This document shows positions 29,117 through 38,403 of a DNA stretch of 58,306 bases, piece after piece (positions within the stretch are counted from its first letter, which is position 1; each line of letters opens with the position of its first letter). The position numbers and the translations under genes are program-made. The stretch comes from Candidatus Limnocylindrales bacterium (GTDB taxonomy: Bacteria; Chloroflexota; Limnocylindria; Limnocylindrales; CSP1-4), in contig JBKQRF010000172.1 of the NCBI GenBank assembly GCA_052144055.1, positions 1 through 58,306 on the forward strand. The letters are read 5' to 3'. A model generated the notes under the pieces. The model was not told the DNA's origin. It was given only the letters and a program-made list of their open reading frames with translations, and did no database searches.

Positions 29117-30189
29117 CAGGCTATCTCCTTTGTGCCCGCCGCCGGTGCGAGGCTGCGGCGCCCCCGCGGCCCGAGCGCGTCCGCGATCAGCTGCGGCACG
29201 TTCGCTCGTGCCGTGTCAGCGCCGACACCCACGGCGTATGAGATCATCCGCGCTCGAGCCCTGCCGTGCGTGATGATGACCGATCCCCGGACTCCCAGCA
29301 GCAGCGCCCCGCCCGTGCGCTCGTAGTCGAAGCGTCCCCGGATCCGGGCGATGCCAGGTCGCATGAGTACGTAGGCGAGCGGCCCGAGCGGCGGGCGGCG
29401 GAACTCGCGACGCAACAAGTCGAAGATGAACCCCGATAGCCCCTCGAAGAACTTCATCGTCACATTCCCGACCGACGCGTCGCACACCACGACGTCGGCC
29501 AGGTGATCGACAAGGTCCTTGCCTTCGACGTTCCCCACGAACCGCAGGTCACCGTCGACCAAAGCGGCCGTCGCCTCCTGGACTCGCCGCTCGCCCTTGC
29601 CGCCCTCCTCGCCAATCGACAACAGGGCGACCGAGGGGCTGGCGACCCCCAGGACCTTTTCCGCGTAGATGGCACCCATACGGGCGTATTGCGCGAGGTT
29701 GAGGCCCGTCGAATCAGTCGTCGCGCCGATGTCGAGCAACACGAACGGTCCCTTGTCGCCGACCATCTGGACGGCCAACGCGGGCCGATCGACCCCGGGG
29801 AGGCGACCCAAGTTCAGGATCGCAGCCGCGACGCCGGCACCCGTGTGGCCCGCGGTGACTACCGCGTCCGCCCGCCCCTCCCGGACGAGACGCATAGCCA
29901 CGTTGATGCTGGCGTCGCGCTTGCGTCGGACCGAGACTGCCGCGGGTTCGTCCATTGCAACCAGCTCCGACGCGGGCACGATGGTCACATGCGGCGGCAG
30001 GCCACCGTGCATGTGCGGCGCCACGCGCGCCTCGTCTCCGACCAAGATGACGTCGGCCCCGGGATGCTCTCGCGCCCAGGCAAGCGCACCTGGCACGACC
30101 TCGGCCGGACCGTGGTCTCCACCCAGAGCGTCGACCGCCACGCACAAGCGCCGGTCCGAAGCAGTGGCTGCGGTCGATGGGCCGTCCAT
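29116..30189 (-). CDS. plsX: phosphate acyltransferase PlsX
   Basis: CVAVDALGGDHGPAEVVPGAL, AVVTAGHTGA and LLGVRGSVIITHG match PlsX. Start is ATG 30189. Confidence 0.95.
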   Translation of the reverse strand: MDGPSTAATASDRRLCVAVDALGGDHGPAEVVPGALAWAREHPGADVILVGDEARVAPHMHGGLPPHVTIVPASELVAMDEPAAVSVRRKRDASINVAMRLVREGRADAVVTAGHTGAGVAAAILNLGRLPGVDRPALAVQMVGDKGPFVLLDIGATTDSTGLNLAQYARMGAIYAEKVLGVASPSVALLSIGEEGGKGERRVQEATAALVDGDLRFVGNVEGKDLVDHLADVVVCDASVGNVTMKFFEGLSGFIFDLLRREFRRPPLGPLAYVLMRPGIARIRGRFDYERTGGALLLGVRGSVIITHGRARARMISYAVGVGADTARANVPQLIADALGPRGRRSLAPAAGTKEIA

Positions 30190-30220
30190 GCGCTCCCCAA
30201 CTACCGGCGACGCTCCGCCG

Positions 30221-30427
30221 TCAGGACCGGCCGGGCTCGCCCGCGGCCTTGGCCTTGATCCGCACGGCCTCGCGGCCGGCGTACCACCCACAGTTCGGGC
30301 ACGCGTGGTGACTCAACTTCGGCTCGTGGCAATGCGGGCACGACTCCACGTTCGGCATCGTGAGCGCGGCGTGGGCCCGGCGGTCGCCCTGAGCCGCGTG
30401 CGATGTCTTGCGCTTTGGAAGCCCCAT
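30221..30427 (-). CDS. rpmF: 50S ribosomal protein L32
   Basis: MGLPKRKTSHAAQGDRRAH...CPHCHEPKLSHHACPNCGWY contains the zinc ribbon. Start is ATG 30427. Confidence 0.95.
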   Translation of the reverse strand: MGLPKRKTSHAAQGDRRAHAALTMPNVESCPHCHEPKLSHHACPNCGWYAGREAVRIKAKAAGEPGRS

Positions 30428-30467
30428 GAGTGTCTCCTCTCGGTTGCCGCAGGGAGGACCTGACGGC

Positions 30468-31016
30468 TCAGCGGGTTGTGGGGTCGGTGTCTGTGAGGTG
30501 CCAGTCGATGAGCGTGGCGAGCCGCCCATCCATGGGTTCGCCCGGGTGCTCGTGCGCGGGATCATCGTTCAGGTCGACGCCGCACTCCGGACAGAGGCCG
30601 CGGCAGTCGGGGCGACAGAGCGGAGCGATTGGCTCGGCCATCGAGATCGCCTCGCCCACCGACACAGCCAGGTCTAGGACGTGGTGGTCGTCGATGCGCA
30701 GCACGTCCGGTTCCGCGCCCGCGTCGAGCGGGAGCCCGGTGTGCAAGTCGATGGTGGGCAGCGCCTCCTCGAGGAGCTCGACGTGGACCGCGGCCACTAC
30801 CGGGCGCAGGCAGCGGCTGCAGGATTCCTGGAGTGCCGTCGTGAGATCGGCGTCTGCGAGGATACTCCTCGACGTGCGGGAGAGCCGCACGATGCCACTG
30901 ATCGGCCGTGCCAGACGCAGATCGTCAGGGAGGTCCAGTTGCGCGCCATTGATCTCGTATCGGCGATCGGTCCCCGGGACCGAGCCCATGAGGCCCGCAA
31001 CGTTAAACGCGAGCAT
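30468..31016 (-). CDS. yceD: YceD/DUF177 family protein (23S rRNA accumulation protein)
   Basis: The C-terminal CRPDCRGLCPECGVDLNDD motif is present, and the gene lies directly upstream of rpmF. Confidence 0.85.
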   Translation of the reverse strand: MLAFNVAGLMGSVPGTDRRYEINGAQLDLPDDLRLARPISGIVRLSRTSRSILADADLTTALQESCSRCLRPVVAAVHVELLEEALPTIDLHTGLPLDAGAEPDVLRIDDHHVLDLAVSVGEAISMAEPIAPLCRPDCRGLCPECGVDLNDDPAHEHPGEPMDGRLATLIDWHLTDTDPTTR

Positions 31017-31524
31017 GGCCCGCTATGCGGTCCGGCTCATCGATCGAGTCCGCGCCCTGCTCCCCCTGAGGCTCCGCTCCCCGACGCTCATCCAGCATCT
31101 CGATTCCGTGCCGGATACTCTGCAGAGCCTTCACGCACTCCCCCTCAAGCCGGACCAGGACGTTCGCGGCGTACTCGTCCGCCCCCCTTCGGATCTCGTC
31201 CGCGTCGCGGTGCCCGTCCGCGATGATCTCCTGTGACCGAACATCGGCTGCGCGCGTCAGTTCACGCTCCTCGATTAGGAACGCAGCCTGCTCCTGCGCC
31301 CGCGCGACGATCCGGTCCGCTTCTTCTTGCGCCTTCTCCAGGATTCGATCCGACTCCTGGTTGACCCGCTTGGCCTGCCGGACCTCTTCGGGCACGGCGA
31401 CGCGCAGCTGGTCGATCAGGTCCAGCGCCGTCGCTTGGTCGATGACGACGTTGTTGGTGAGGGGCAGCCTCTTCCCGTTGGCCACAATCGACTCGAGACG
31501 CTCGACGAGGAAGATGATGTCGAT
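31003..31524 (-). CDS. conserved coiled-coil protein (ATP-synthase-b-like / 'ATPase' family often annotated hypothetical); probable ATC start
   Basis: The tracked ORF (31003..31485) begins at an internal GTG that has no RBS. Extending in frame gives IDIIFLVERLESIVANGKRLPLTNNVVID, which matches the MDI..L.D.LE..V......P.....V.D N-terminus of this family (from memory). ATC 31524 lies 8 nt after AGGAGG, and no ATG/GTG/TTG occurs further upstream in frame. Confidence 0.6.
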   Translation of the reverse strand: MDIIFLVERLESIVANGKRLPLTNNVVIDQATALDLIDQLRVAVPEEVRQAKRVNQESDRILEKAQEEADRIVARAQEQAAFLIEERELTRAADVRSQEIIADGHRDADEIRRGADEYAANVLVRLEGECVKALQSIRHGIEMLDERRGAEPQGEQGADSIDEPDRIAGHARV

Positions 31525-31574
31525 GGCGGGAACCTCCTGCGGCCGCCCGGGAGGGCGTCCCGGGCTAAATGGAA

Positions 31575-31583
31575 ATTCTAGCC
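31575..31583 (-). promoter_or_regulatory. candidate -10 element (GGCTAGAAT) for the coiled-coil/yceD/rpmF/plsX unit
   Basis: Minus strand reads GTGGGCTAGAATTTCCATTTAGCC, an unusually AT-rich patch that overlaps the coaD stop. It is followed by the CCCGGG-N7-CCCGGG hairpin. Confidence 0.35.
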
Positions 31584-32099
31584 CACTGCAGGGTCCCTGC
31601 TCCAGCCCGCTGCCGCTGCCTCCAAGCGCTCGGCGACGGCCGGCGGCACCATCCCCCGCACGTCCCCGCCGAAGCGCGCGATCTCCTTGACGAGGCTCGA
31701 GCTCAGGTACGCGTGCTCAAGCGCGGTCATGAGGAACACGGTGTCGATCTCGGGCGCCAGTTTCCGGTTGAAATGCGCCATCTGCAGCTCACTCTCGAAG
31801 TCGCTGACGGCTCGCAGGCCGCGCACCACAAACGCGGCCCCGTTGTGCCTGGCAGCATCGACCGTGAGCCCGTCGAACCGCTCAATGGAGACCCGGCGCG
31901 CGACCTCGGGCGCGAGCTCCTCGTCGATGCACCGGCGGATTACGTCAGTCCGGTCGTCCTCGCCAAGTAGGGCTTCCTTGCGCGGATTCTGGAGCACGGC
32001 AACCACGAGACGGTCGAAGATGCGTGCCGCGCGACCAATGACGTCGAGGTGGCCGTACGTGATCGGATCGAACGACCCCGGGTAGATCGCGACGCTCAT
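31578..32099 (-). CDS. coaD: phosphopantetheine adenylyltransferase
   Basis: MSVAIYPGSFDPITYGHLDVIGRA matches CoaD. Start is ATG 32099. Confidence 0.95.
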   Translation of the reverse strand: MSVAIYPGSFDPITYGHLDVIGRAARIFDRLVVAVLQNPRKEALLGEDDRTDVIRRCIDEELAPEVARRVSIERFDGLTVDAARHNGAAFVVRGLRAVSDFESELQMAHFNRKLAPEIDTVFLMTALEHAYLSSSLVKEIARFGGDVRGMVPPAVAERLEAAAAGWSRDPAVG

Positions 32100-32115
32100 C
32101 TCGCCTCCCCGACCG

Positions 32116-32739
32116 TCAGTCAGCCTGCCCCGCGGTACCCTGCACATCGGCGTCGTTAGATCCCGGATTGCCCGCCGGATCCCCCGGCCGCGGACCATAG
32201 ACCGTGACCAAGCCCTCGCCGATCCGACGCTCCCGCAGACGTGCCAGGTGACCGACTCGCTCGGGCAGCACATCCCGCCAGAAGTGGCGGGCCACCACCA
32301 CCGAGCCCGGCCGCAGGACCGTTCCCGTGCCGAGCTGCCGGAGCGCGTCGAGCATAGCAGCGTCCCCGAAAGGCGGATCGACCAGCACCACGTCGAACGG
32401 CCCGCTCGCCTCGGACAGGTACGTGCGGACGTCACGGCAGTGGACCCGCGCGCGGGATCCAGCAAGTGCCGTCCGGTGCAGGTTCTCCTCGAGGACCCGC
32501 ACCGCGTCTGGGTCTCGCTCGACGAAGTCGCAGCTCGCGGCACCGCGGCTCAGCGCCTCGATGCCGCCGGCGCCGCTGCCGGCGAACAAGTCGAGGACGC
32601 GGGCCCCGGCCAGCATCGGCTCGAGCGAGCCGAAGATAGCCTGCTTGACGCGGTCGCCGAGCGGCCGGGTCCGTGCCCCCGGATGCAGCAGGCGGCGGCC
32701 CTGCGCCGCGCCTGCGATAACGCGACCCGCCTCACGCAT
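32116..32739 (-). CDS. rsmD: 16S rRNA (guanine966-N2)-methyltransferase RsmD
   Basis: VLDLFAGSGAGGIEALSRGA and VVLVDPPF match RsmD. It sits upstream of coaD, as in many bacteria. Confidence 0.9.
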   Translation of the reverse strand: MREAGRVIAGAAQGRRLLHPGARTRPLGDRVKQAIFGSLEPMLAGARVLDLFAGSGAGGIEALSRGAASCDFVERDPDAVRVLEENLHRTALAGSRARVHCRDVRTYLSEASGPFDVVLVDPPFGDAAMLDALRQLGTGTVLRPGSVVVARHFWRDVLPERVGHLARLRERRIGEGLVTVYGPRPGDPAGNPGSNDADVQGTAGQAD

Positions 32740-34975
32740 GACGACCTCTCACCGGGACATCCGCGGACGCCTCCCCGAGTTCCGGCAGTGCGTCGCCGGC
32801 GCCGACGCGTGCGAGCCACCCGGTCGCAAGCTGACGTCCGAGCGCCGCGAGCGCCGGGTCGAGCGCGCCGTCGGCGTCTACGGCGCGCAACGCCTCCTCG
32901 CGCGCCGCCGCGGACAGGTCGCGGTCCGTCGGCTCGTCCAGCCGGGCGATTCGAAGCGGCGGCAGACCGCTCTGCTCCACGCCGAGAAGGTCGCCCGCCC
33001 GCCGGAGTCGGAGGTCCTCCTCGGCCAGGAGGAAGCCATCGCGGGTCTGCTCTACGGCCTCAAGCCGCGCGCGCGCCACCTCGTCGACCGCGTCCGAGAC
33101 GAGAACGCAGTATGACTGCCACACTCCGCGACCCACACGCCCTCGGAGCTGGTGCAGCTGCGCGACGCCGAACCGGTCCGCGTTAAGGATCACCATTACA
33201 GACGCCTCTGGGACGTCGACGCCCACTTCAACGACCGTCGTGCCAACGAGGACACCAACATCGCCACGGCGGAACGCCTCCATCGCGGCGTCCCGCTCCC
33301 TGGCGGGCATCTGCCCGTGCACGACACCAATGCCAGCCCGGACGTCAGCGAGGCCGGCGCGTCGCGCCGCCTCTGGCAACACCTGACGCACCATCGCCGC
33401 CGCCTCCTCCACGGCCACTGCCTCCGAGGACTCGTCCTCGTCGACGAGCGGCACTACGACAAACACACGGCGGCCGAAATCCAACTCGCGGGCCACCAGC
33501 TGCCACGTTCCCCGGGCGGGCTCCGCGGGGTCGTCCCCCAGCAGCTGGCCGAAGCGGCGGATGCCGGTGAGCACCGGCACGCGTCCCTCCGGAAGCGTGC
33601 GCAGGTCGGAGACGTCGAGGTCCGCGTAGAAGACGCGTGCCAGGGTCTGGGGGATCGGCGTCGCGGTCATCAGTAGCACGTGAGGGTTGCGGCCCTTCTG
33701 CGCCAGCGCATCCCGCTGCGACACGCCGAAACGATGCTGCTCGTCGATCACTACGAGTGCCAAGTCACGGAATCGCACGGACTCTTGGATCAGGGCGTGC
33801 GTGCCCACGATCACGAGCGCCGCCTCTCGATCGCCGCCGATCCGTGACAGCGTACGCTCCCGCTCCCCGGCCGGCAGCGACCCAGTGAAGAGGGTGACTG
33901 CGTGACCAAGTGGCTCGAGCAGGCGGGTCAGCGTCTCAGCATGCTGGCGAGCCAGCAGGTCGGTCGGCGCGAGCACTGCCGCCTGATGGCCCGAGTCGGC
34001 CGCCAAGGCGAGGGCAAGCGCCGCCACGGCGGTCTTACCCGACCCGACATCGCCCTGCAGAAGCCGGAGCATGGGGCGGCTCGATGCCATGTCGGCCCGG
34101 ATCGACGCGAGCGCAGCGACCTGATCTGGAGTGAGCCGCGCGCGACGCTGCGACGGTCCACTGCCGCCTTCGGATCGATCGCGCTGCCGCGTGAGCTCGT
34201 CCTCGATCGCGCTCACCGCCGACGCATAGCGCCCGTCTGAGACCACCACCCTGTCCGCGGTTTCGGGCCGGCGCTGGCGATCCCGCGAGATCATCCCCAC
34301 CTGCAGCGCCAAGAGCTCGTCAAAGGCCAGCCGGCGCAGCGCGGCGTCGCGCCGGTCGAACGCCTCGGCGAAGTGCGCCTGCTCAAGCGCGTCGCCGAGC
34401 CCCACCAGCCCGTGCCGCTCGCGCACTGGCTCGGGCAGGTAGTCGACGATCGACTCGGCATATCGGGTGAGTGCCAGGCGGATGAGGCGCCGCAGCGAGG
34501 GGTTTGTGACGCCGGCGGTGAGACGGTAGACGGGGACGATCCGGCCCGCATGGAGCGAGCCGGCCACGTCCGGCCCGAACTCCGGGCCGTGGAACTCCAC
34601 GACCGGGAGCCATCCCTTCACCACAGCGCGGCCGGTAATCACGATCCTGTCGCCGGCGTGGACTCTCCGCTCCACGTACTGCCGACCGTACCAGACAGCG
34701 GTGCCCTCACCACCTTCGTCGTCGAGCAGCCGCGCGGTCACGACCCAGACCCGCCTACGGAACGTCTGGCCCACCTGCACGTCGAGGACGGTGACGCGGG
34801 CACTCACGGGTTCGGCCGGGCGCGCCGCCGCGATCCATCGCAGCGTGCGCATCTCGCGCACGTCCTCATAGCGGCGGGGAAGGTGAAACAAGAGGTCCGC
34901 GACGCTTAGGATGCCGGCACGCCGGAGCCGGCTGGAGATGGGACCGCCCGCCAGGCCCGCGCGCGCCAGCGGCAT
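32732..34975 (-). CDS. recG: ATP-dependent DNA helicase RecG
   Basis: LLQGDVGSGKTAVA, DEQHRFG and the helicase C domain are present. The wedge-domain N-terminus reads GILSVADLLFHLPRRYED. Start is set to ATG 34975; the ORF extends to 35128. Confidence 0.93.
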   Translation of the reverse strand: MPLARAGLAGGPISSRLRRAGILSVADLLFHLPRRYEDVREMRTLRWIAAARPAEPVSARVTVLDVQVGQTFRRRVWVVTARLLDDEGGEGTAVWYGRQYVERRVHAGDRIVITGRAVVKGWLPVVEFHGPEFGPDVAGSLHAGRIVPVYRLTAGVTNPSLRRLIRLALTRYAESIVDYLPEPVRERHGLVGLGDALEQAHFAEAFDRRDAALRRLAFDELLALQVGMISRDRQRRPETADRVVVSDGRYASAVSAIEDELTRQRDRSEGGSGPSQRRARLTPDQVAALASIRADMASSRPMLRLLQGDVGSGKTAVAALALALAADSGHQAAVLAPTDLLARQHAETLTRLLEPLGHAVTLFTGSLPAGERERTLSRIGGDREAALVIVGTHALIQESVRFRDLALVVIDEQHRFGVSQRDALAQKGRNPHVLLMTATPIPQTLARVFYADLDVSDLRTLPEGRVPVLTGIRRFGQLLGDDPAEPARGTWQLVARELDFGRRVFVVVPLVDEDESSEAVAVEEAAAMVRQVLPEAARRAGLADVRAGIGVVHGQMPARERDAAMEAFRRGDVGVLVGTTVVEVGVDVPEASVMVILNADRFGVAQLHQLRGRVGRGVWQSYCVLVSDAVDEVARARLEAVEQTRDGFLLAEEDLRLRRAGDLLGVEQSGLPPLRIARLDEPTDRDLSAAAREEALRAVDADGALDPALAALGRQLATGWLARVGAGDALPELGEASADVPVRGRHA

Positions 34976-35063
34976 CGCCAGGGGGTCGACGGGCGGCGCC
35001 ACTTGCCCGTGCGCCACGCCGCCGACGCTCACGCTCGCGCCCGGCGCCGGCCGGTCACGACCG

Positions 35064-36885
35064 TCACTCCGCCGCGAGGAAGTAACGGTAGTGCGGCTGC
35101 CCGCCGTGCACCAGCTCCACCTCAACACCTGTGAGCCTGCTGCGCAGCGCGGTCGTAAGCTCCTCGGCCTCAGCCAGGTCGGCTCCGTCGCCGTAGTAGA
35201 CGGTGAGCAGCTCGTACCCAGGCCGGAGCAGGGCGACGCCTGCCAGCACCGCCTCCTGCCGGCTCGCGTCGGTCGTTACCAGACCGTCGTCCGGATCCAG
35301 GACGATTACGTGCCCCTTCTTCACCTTGCGACCGCCGATCTTCGCGTCGCGGATCGCGTCCGTGACCTGCAGGGTCTGCACACCCCGCGCGGCCGAGAGC
35401 ATCGTGCCCGCATTCGCCTCGGCGTCCCGCCCGGCGTCGTACGCCAGGAGCGCCGCGAATCCCTCCGGCGGGTTCCGAGTGGGCACGACGACGATCCGGA
35501 TGTCCCGAGCAAGTCCGGCCGCCTGCTCGGCGGCCAGCTTCACATTAGGGTTGTTCGGCAGCATCAGCACCTCGTGGGTGCCGAGCCCCTGGGCTGCCCT
35601 GAGCAGCTCGCCAGCGGACGGATTCGCCGACTGGCCGCCGCCAACGACGTCCGCGACGCCGAAGCTGCGGAAGATCGCGACGATCCCATCGCCCGACGCG
35701 ACGGCGACGATGGGCGGCCCGACATGGACACCTGGGAAATCTGCGAGATGGTGCGTCAACTCGGCATGTCGGTGGTCGACGGGATCGTGGACGGCAATGG
35801 ACTCCGCGTGCGGCGCAGCCTCCGGCAGGTATGCAGGATCACCCAGCGGCACTGCTTCGTGTCGCCCGGCTGAGTAGTACGAGTGCAGGCCGTCGGTACC
35901 GTAGGCGTGTGCCATCGAGGATTCCCCCGCGAAGGCTTGCGCACGCGCCTCGCGTGCCTCGCGGGCTTGCCGGTCTAGGTTCTCGACCGTGATGTGGCTG
36001 AGCAGCCCGAGCGACAGCCCAAAGGCAAGGACCTGGTCAGGCCGCTCGCCATGGACGTGTACCTTGGCGGCCCGTGCGTCACCCGCCACCAGCACGGACT
36101 CGCCAAGCTCGGTCAGGCGAACGCGGATCGCATCGAGATCGAGCGACCGCCCGGTTGCGGGCGTCACGAGGAACATCGTCTCGTACCCGAACCCGTCCTC
36201 CCCTTTCGCGATTACAGCCGCCGGGTGCGGCGCCTCTGCTCCCAACGGCTCGTCCCGCGCGGCCCGGACCACGATCGCCCGTAACGCGCCCTGCAGGATG
36301 CGATAAAGGCCCTCGCCGCCGGCATCCACGACGCCTGCCTCACGCAGGACGGGCAGCAGCGACGGGGTGCGCGCCACGGCCTGCTCCGCCGCACACCGCG
36401 GCCCCAACGACTGCCTCCATGTCCGGCTCGTGCTCGGCAGCCGCGACCGCTGCCGCTGCCGTATCGCGAACGACAGTCAGGATCGTGCCCTCAACCGGCT
36501 TCAGCACCGCGCTGTGCGCCTTCTGGCTGCCCGTGGTGAGCGCGTGGGCGAGGTCAAGCGCGCTCATGCGTGACCGGCCCGCCAGCGCCTCGGCCATGCC
36601 TCGAAGGATCTGGGAGAGGATCACGCCGCTGTTCCCGCGCGCCCCCATCAGTGCGCCGTGTCCGACCGCCGCAGTAACGCCGCCGACGGTGCGGTCCTCG
36701 GTCGGCAGCGCCTCCGCCTCGGCGAGCGCCGCCCGCAGGGTGGCGAGCATGTTCGAGCCGGTGTCGCCGTCTGGCACCGGGAACACGTTCAGGGCGTTGA
36801 TCGACTCAGCCGACTCTTCCAGCAGCGCGAGGCTACCGCGAAGAGCGTCCAGCAGGCCCTCACCGTCCGTGCCACGACGGCTCAC
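35064..36885 (-). pseudogene. yloV: DAK2 (DhaL) domain fusion protein YloV, split by a single +1 nt frameshift near 36385-36400
   Basis: The N-terminal ORF 36340..36885 (VFPVPDGDTGSNM, GARGNSGVILSQ) and the C-terminal ORF 35064..36407 ([21 protein letters not shown]...) overlap in different frames. The total span of 1822 nt equals 3n+1. Removing one nt in GTGTGCGG gives the continuous sequence [34 protein letters not shown]. Confidence 0.7.
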
Positions 36886-37250
36886 TCGGGGTCAACTCCC
36901 GTCTCGCGCTTGGCGGTGTGGCGGACCTGCAAGCCACCCACGTGGATCGCGACGCTGTCGATATCGCGGCCGAGGGCGTGCCGCACGGCATACCGCACGG
37001 CGGACTCGACGTTGCTCGCCACCTCTGCGATCGGCACGCCGAACGCGACCCGCAGTGAGATCCGCACGTCGAGCGTCGGCGCAATGCGGACGGACACGCC
37101 GGGGGTTCCGTAGCGAACCAGAGACAGCAGGCGGGAGCGCAGGTCCGGGTTCATGAACCCGACTACGCCATACGATCCCGCTGCAGCATCGCGCACGACG
37201 TTGGCGACTGCCCTGCGCGTCACGAGGGCGTGTCCGGGAACTGGGTTCAC
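36882..37250 (-). CDS. Asp23/Gls24 family protein (YloU-like)
   Basis: ALVTRRAVANVVRDAAAGSYGVVG...VASNVESAVRYAVRHALGRDIDSVAIHVGGL matches the family. It is paired with yloV and divergent from rpmB, as in Bacillus. Confidence 0.85.
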   Translation of the reverse strand: MNPVPGHALVTRRAVANVVRDAAAGSYGVVGFMNPDLRSRLLSLVRYGTPGVSVRIAPTLDVRISLRVAFGVPIAEVASNVESAVRYAVRHALGRDIDSVAIHVGGLQVRHTAKRETGVDPE

Positions 37251-37291
37251 GGCGGGGGTGTCCCTTCAGATCGCGATGCGGTCGAACGACA

Positions 37292-37300
37292 TGCTATAGT
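37292..37300 (+). promoter_or_regulatory. candidate extended -10 promoter element (TGCTATAGT) for rpmB
   Basis: GACATGCTATAGTACGCA lies about 68 nt upstream of the rpmB ATG. Confidence 0.45.
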
Positions 37301-37305
37301 ACGCA
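37296..37305 (-). promoter_or_regulatory. possible overlapping divergent -10 (TGCGTACTAT) for yloU-yloV-recG
   Basis: The reverse complement of the same AT-rich patch reads TGCGTACTATAGC. Confidence 0.25.
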
Positions 37306-37367
37306 ACCGCCGCGCCGCAGTCCGGCGCGCCCGGTCCTGACGTTGTTTCCGCATCCCTGAGGAACAC

Positions 37368-37562
37368 ATGGCCCGCTCCTGCGCGATCTGCAGCAAATCC
37401 TCGATGGGCGGCTTCAACCCCCAGTCGAGCGGGATGAACCGCGTGCGCACCCACCGCCGCTGCGAGCCAAACCTACATCGGCTGCAGATCCAGCAGAACG
37501 GCAAGGCAGTGAACGCGCTCGTCTGCACCCGCTGCCGCCGAACGCTCAGCAAGTCGGACTGA
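37368..37562 (+). CDS. rpmB: 50S ribosomal protein L28
   Basis: MARSCAICSKSSMGGFNPQSSGMNRVRTHRRCEPNLHRLQI matches L28. Confidence 0.95.
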   Translation: MARSCAICSKSSMGGFNPQSSGMNRVRTHRRCEPNLHRLQIQQNGKAVNALVCTRCRRTLSKSD

Positions 37563-37577
37563 CCCGGCGGCCGGGTC
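37561..37577. terminator. GC hairpin between convergent rpmB and dtd
   Basis: GACCCGG-CGG-CCGGGTC is a perfect inverted repeat that overlaps the rpmB stop. There is no U-tract on either strand. Confidence 0.3.
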
Positions 37578-37589
37578 CCTCCGGCGCGC

Positions 37590-38042
37590 TCAGGTCTGGT
37601 CGGCGTTGCTGTCGAGCCAGATCGTAAACGGCCCATCGTTGATGAGGTCGACCTCCATGCGCGCTCCGAACACGCCGCGGCCGACCGATGCTCCCAGCGA
37701 CTCGAGCGTGTCCGCGTAGATCCGGTAGAGCCGCTCGGCCAGGTCGGGCGGCGCGGCTCTCAGGAACGATGGTCGGCGGCCGCGGCTTGTGTCCGCGTAC
37801 AGCGTGAACTGGCTGACCGCAAGCACCTCGCCACCGACATCCAGCAGTGAGCGGTTCGTCCTCCCGTCGGCATCCGCGAAGATGCGAAGCTCTGCCGTCC
37901 GACGCGCCATCGCCCGCGCGACTTCCGGCGTGTCCCCATGACCGACCCCCACGAGCGCGACGAGGCCAACCCCGATCTGCGCGGCGGATTCGCCCGCGAC
38001 TCGGACCTCCGCGCGGCTCACGCGCTGCAGGAGCAGTCGCAT
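37590..38042 (-). CDS. dtd: D-aminoacyl-tRNA deacylase
   Basis: MRLLLQRVSRAEVRV, LAVSQFTLYADTSRGRRPSF and GARMEVDLINDGPFTIWLDS match Dtd. Confidence 0.95.
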   Translation of the reverse strand: MRLLLQRVSRAEVRVAGESAAQIGVGLVALVGVGHGDTPEVARAMARRTAELRIFADADGRTNRSLLDVGGEVLAVSQFTLYADTSRGRRPSFLRAAPPDLAERLYRIYADTLESLGASVGRGVFGARMEVDLINDGPFTIWLDSNADQT

Positions 38043-38046
38043 CGCG

Positions 38047-38403
38047 TCAGTGCGAGATGAGGCCGTTTGCCGCGGCCGAGAGCCCGGTCAGCACCAGCGC
38101 GGCCGGCACGGCGTAGGCAAACGAGCCGGCAAGCTCGCCCCGCCACGCGAGCACGGCCACGAGCCCAGCGCCGACCGAAGAACAGCGCAATGAACGGCAC
38201 CCAATCGCGGAAGAAGAGCCGGCCCCGTCCGAGCACGATGGCCGCGAGCGCGAACCCGCGAGCAGCACGTCAGGTGTGACGCCGATTCCCTTCGCAATCA
38301 TCAGGCCGCTGAGGATCGCCACGTGCAGTGCGACGGCGACTAGGAGGATGCGGTTGTTGCGCTCACCCAGCTGGTCCGAGGCCGACCCGGACAGCCGTGT
38401 CAC
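38047..38403 (-). CDS. small hydrophobic protein of unknown function (open frame, but middle ~27 codons look out of frame)
   Basis: The GTG start overlaps the rpe TGA. The N-terminal part (ILLVAVALHVAILSGLMIAKGIGV) and C-terminal part (VGAGLVAVLAWRGELAGSFAYAVPAALVLTGLSAA) are TM-like with high GC3. The middle of the annotated frame (SRSRPSCSDGAGSSSAIGCRSLRCSS) is not. Confidence 0.5.
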   Translation of the reverse strand: MTRLSGSASDQLGERNNRILLVAVALHVAILSGLMIAKGIGVTPDVLLAGSRSRPSCSDGAGSSSAIGCRSLRCSSVGAGLVAVLAWRGELAGSFAYAVPAALVLTGLSAAANGLISH

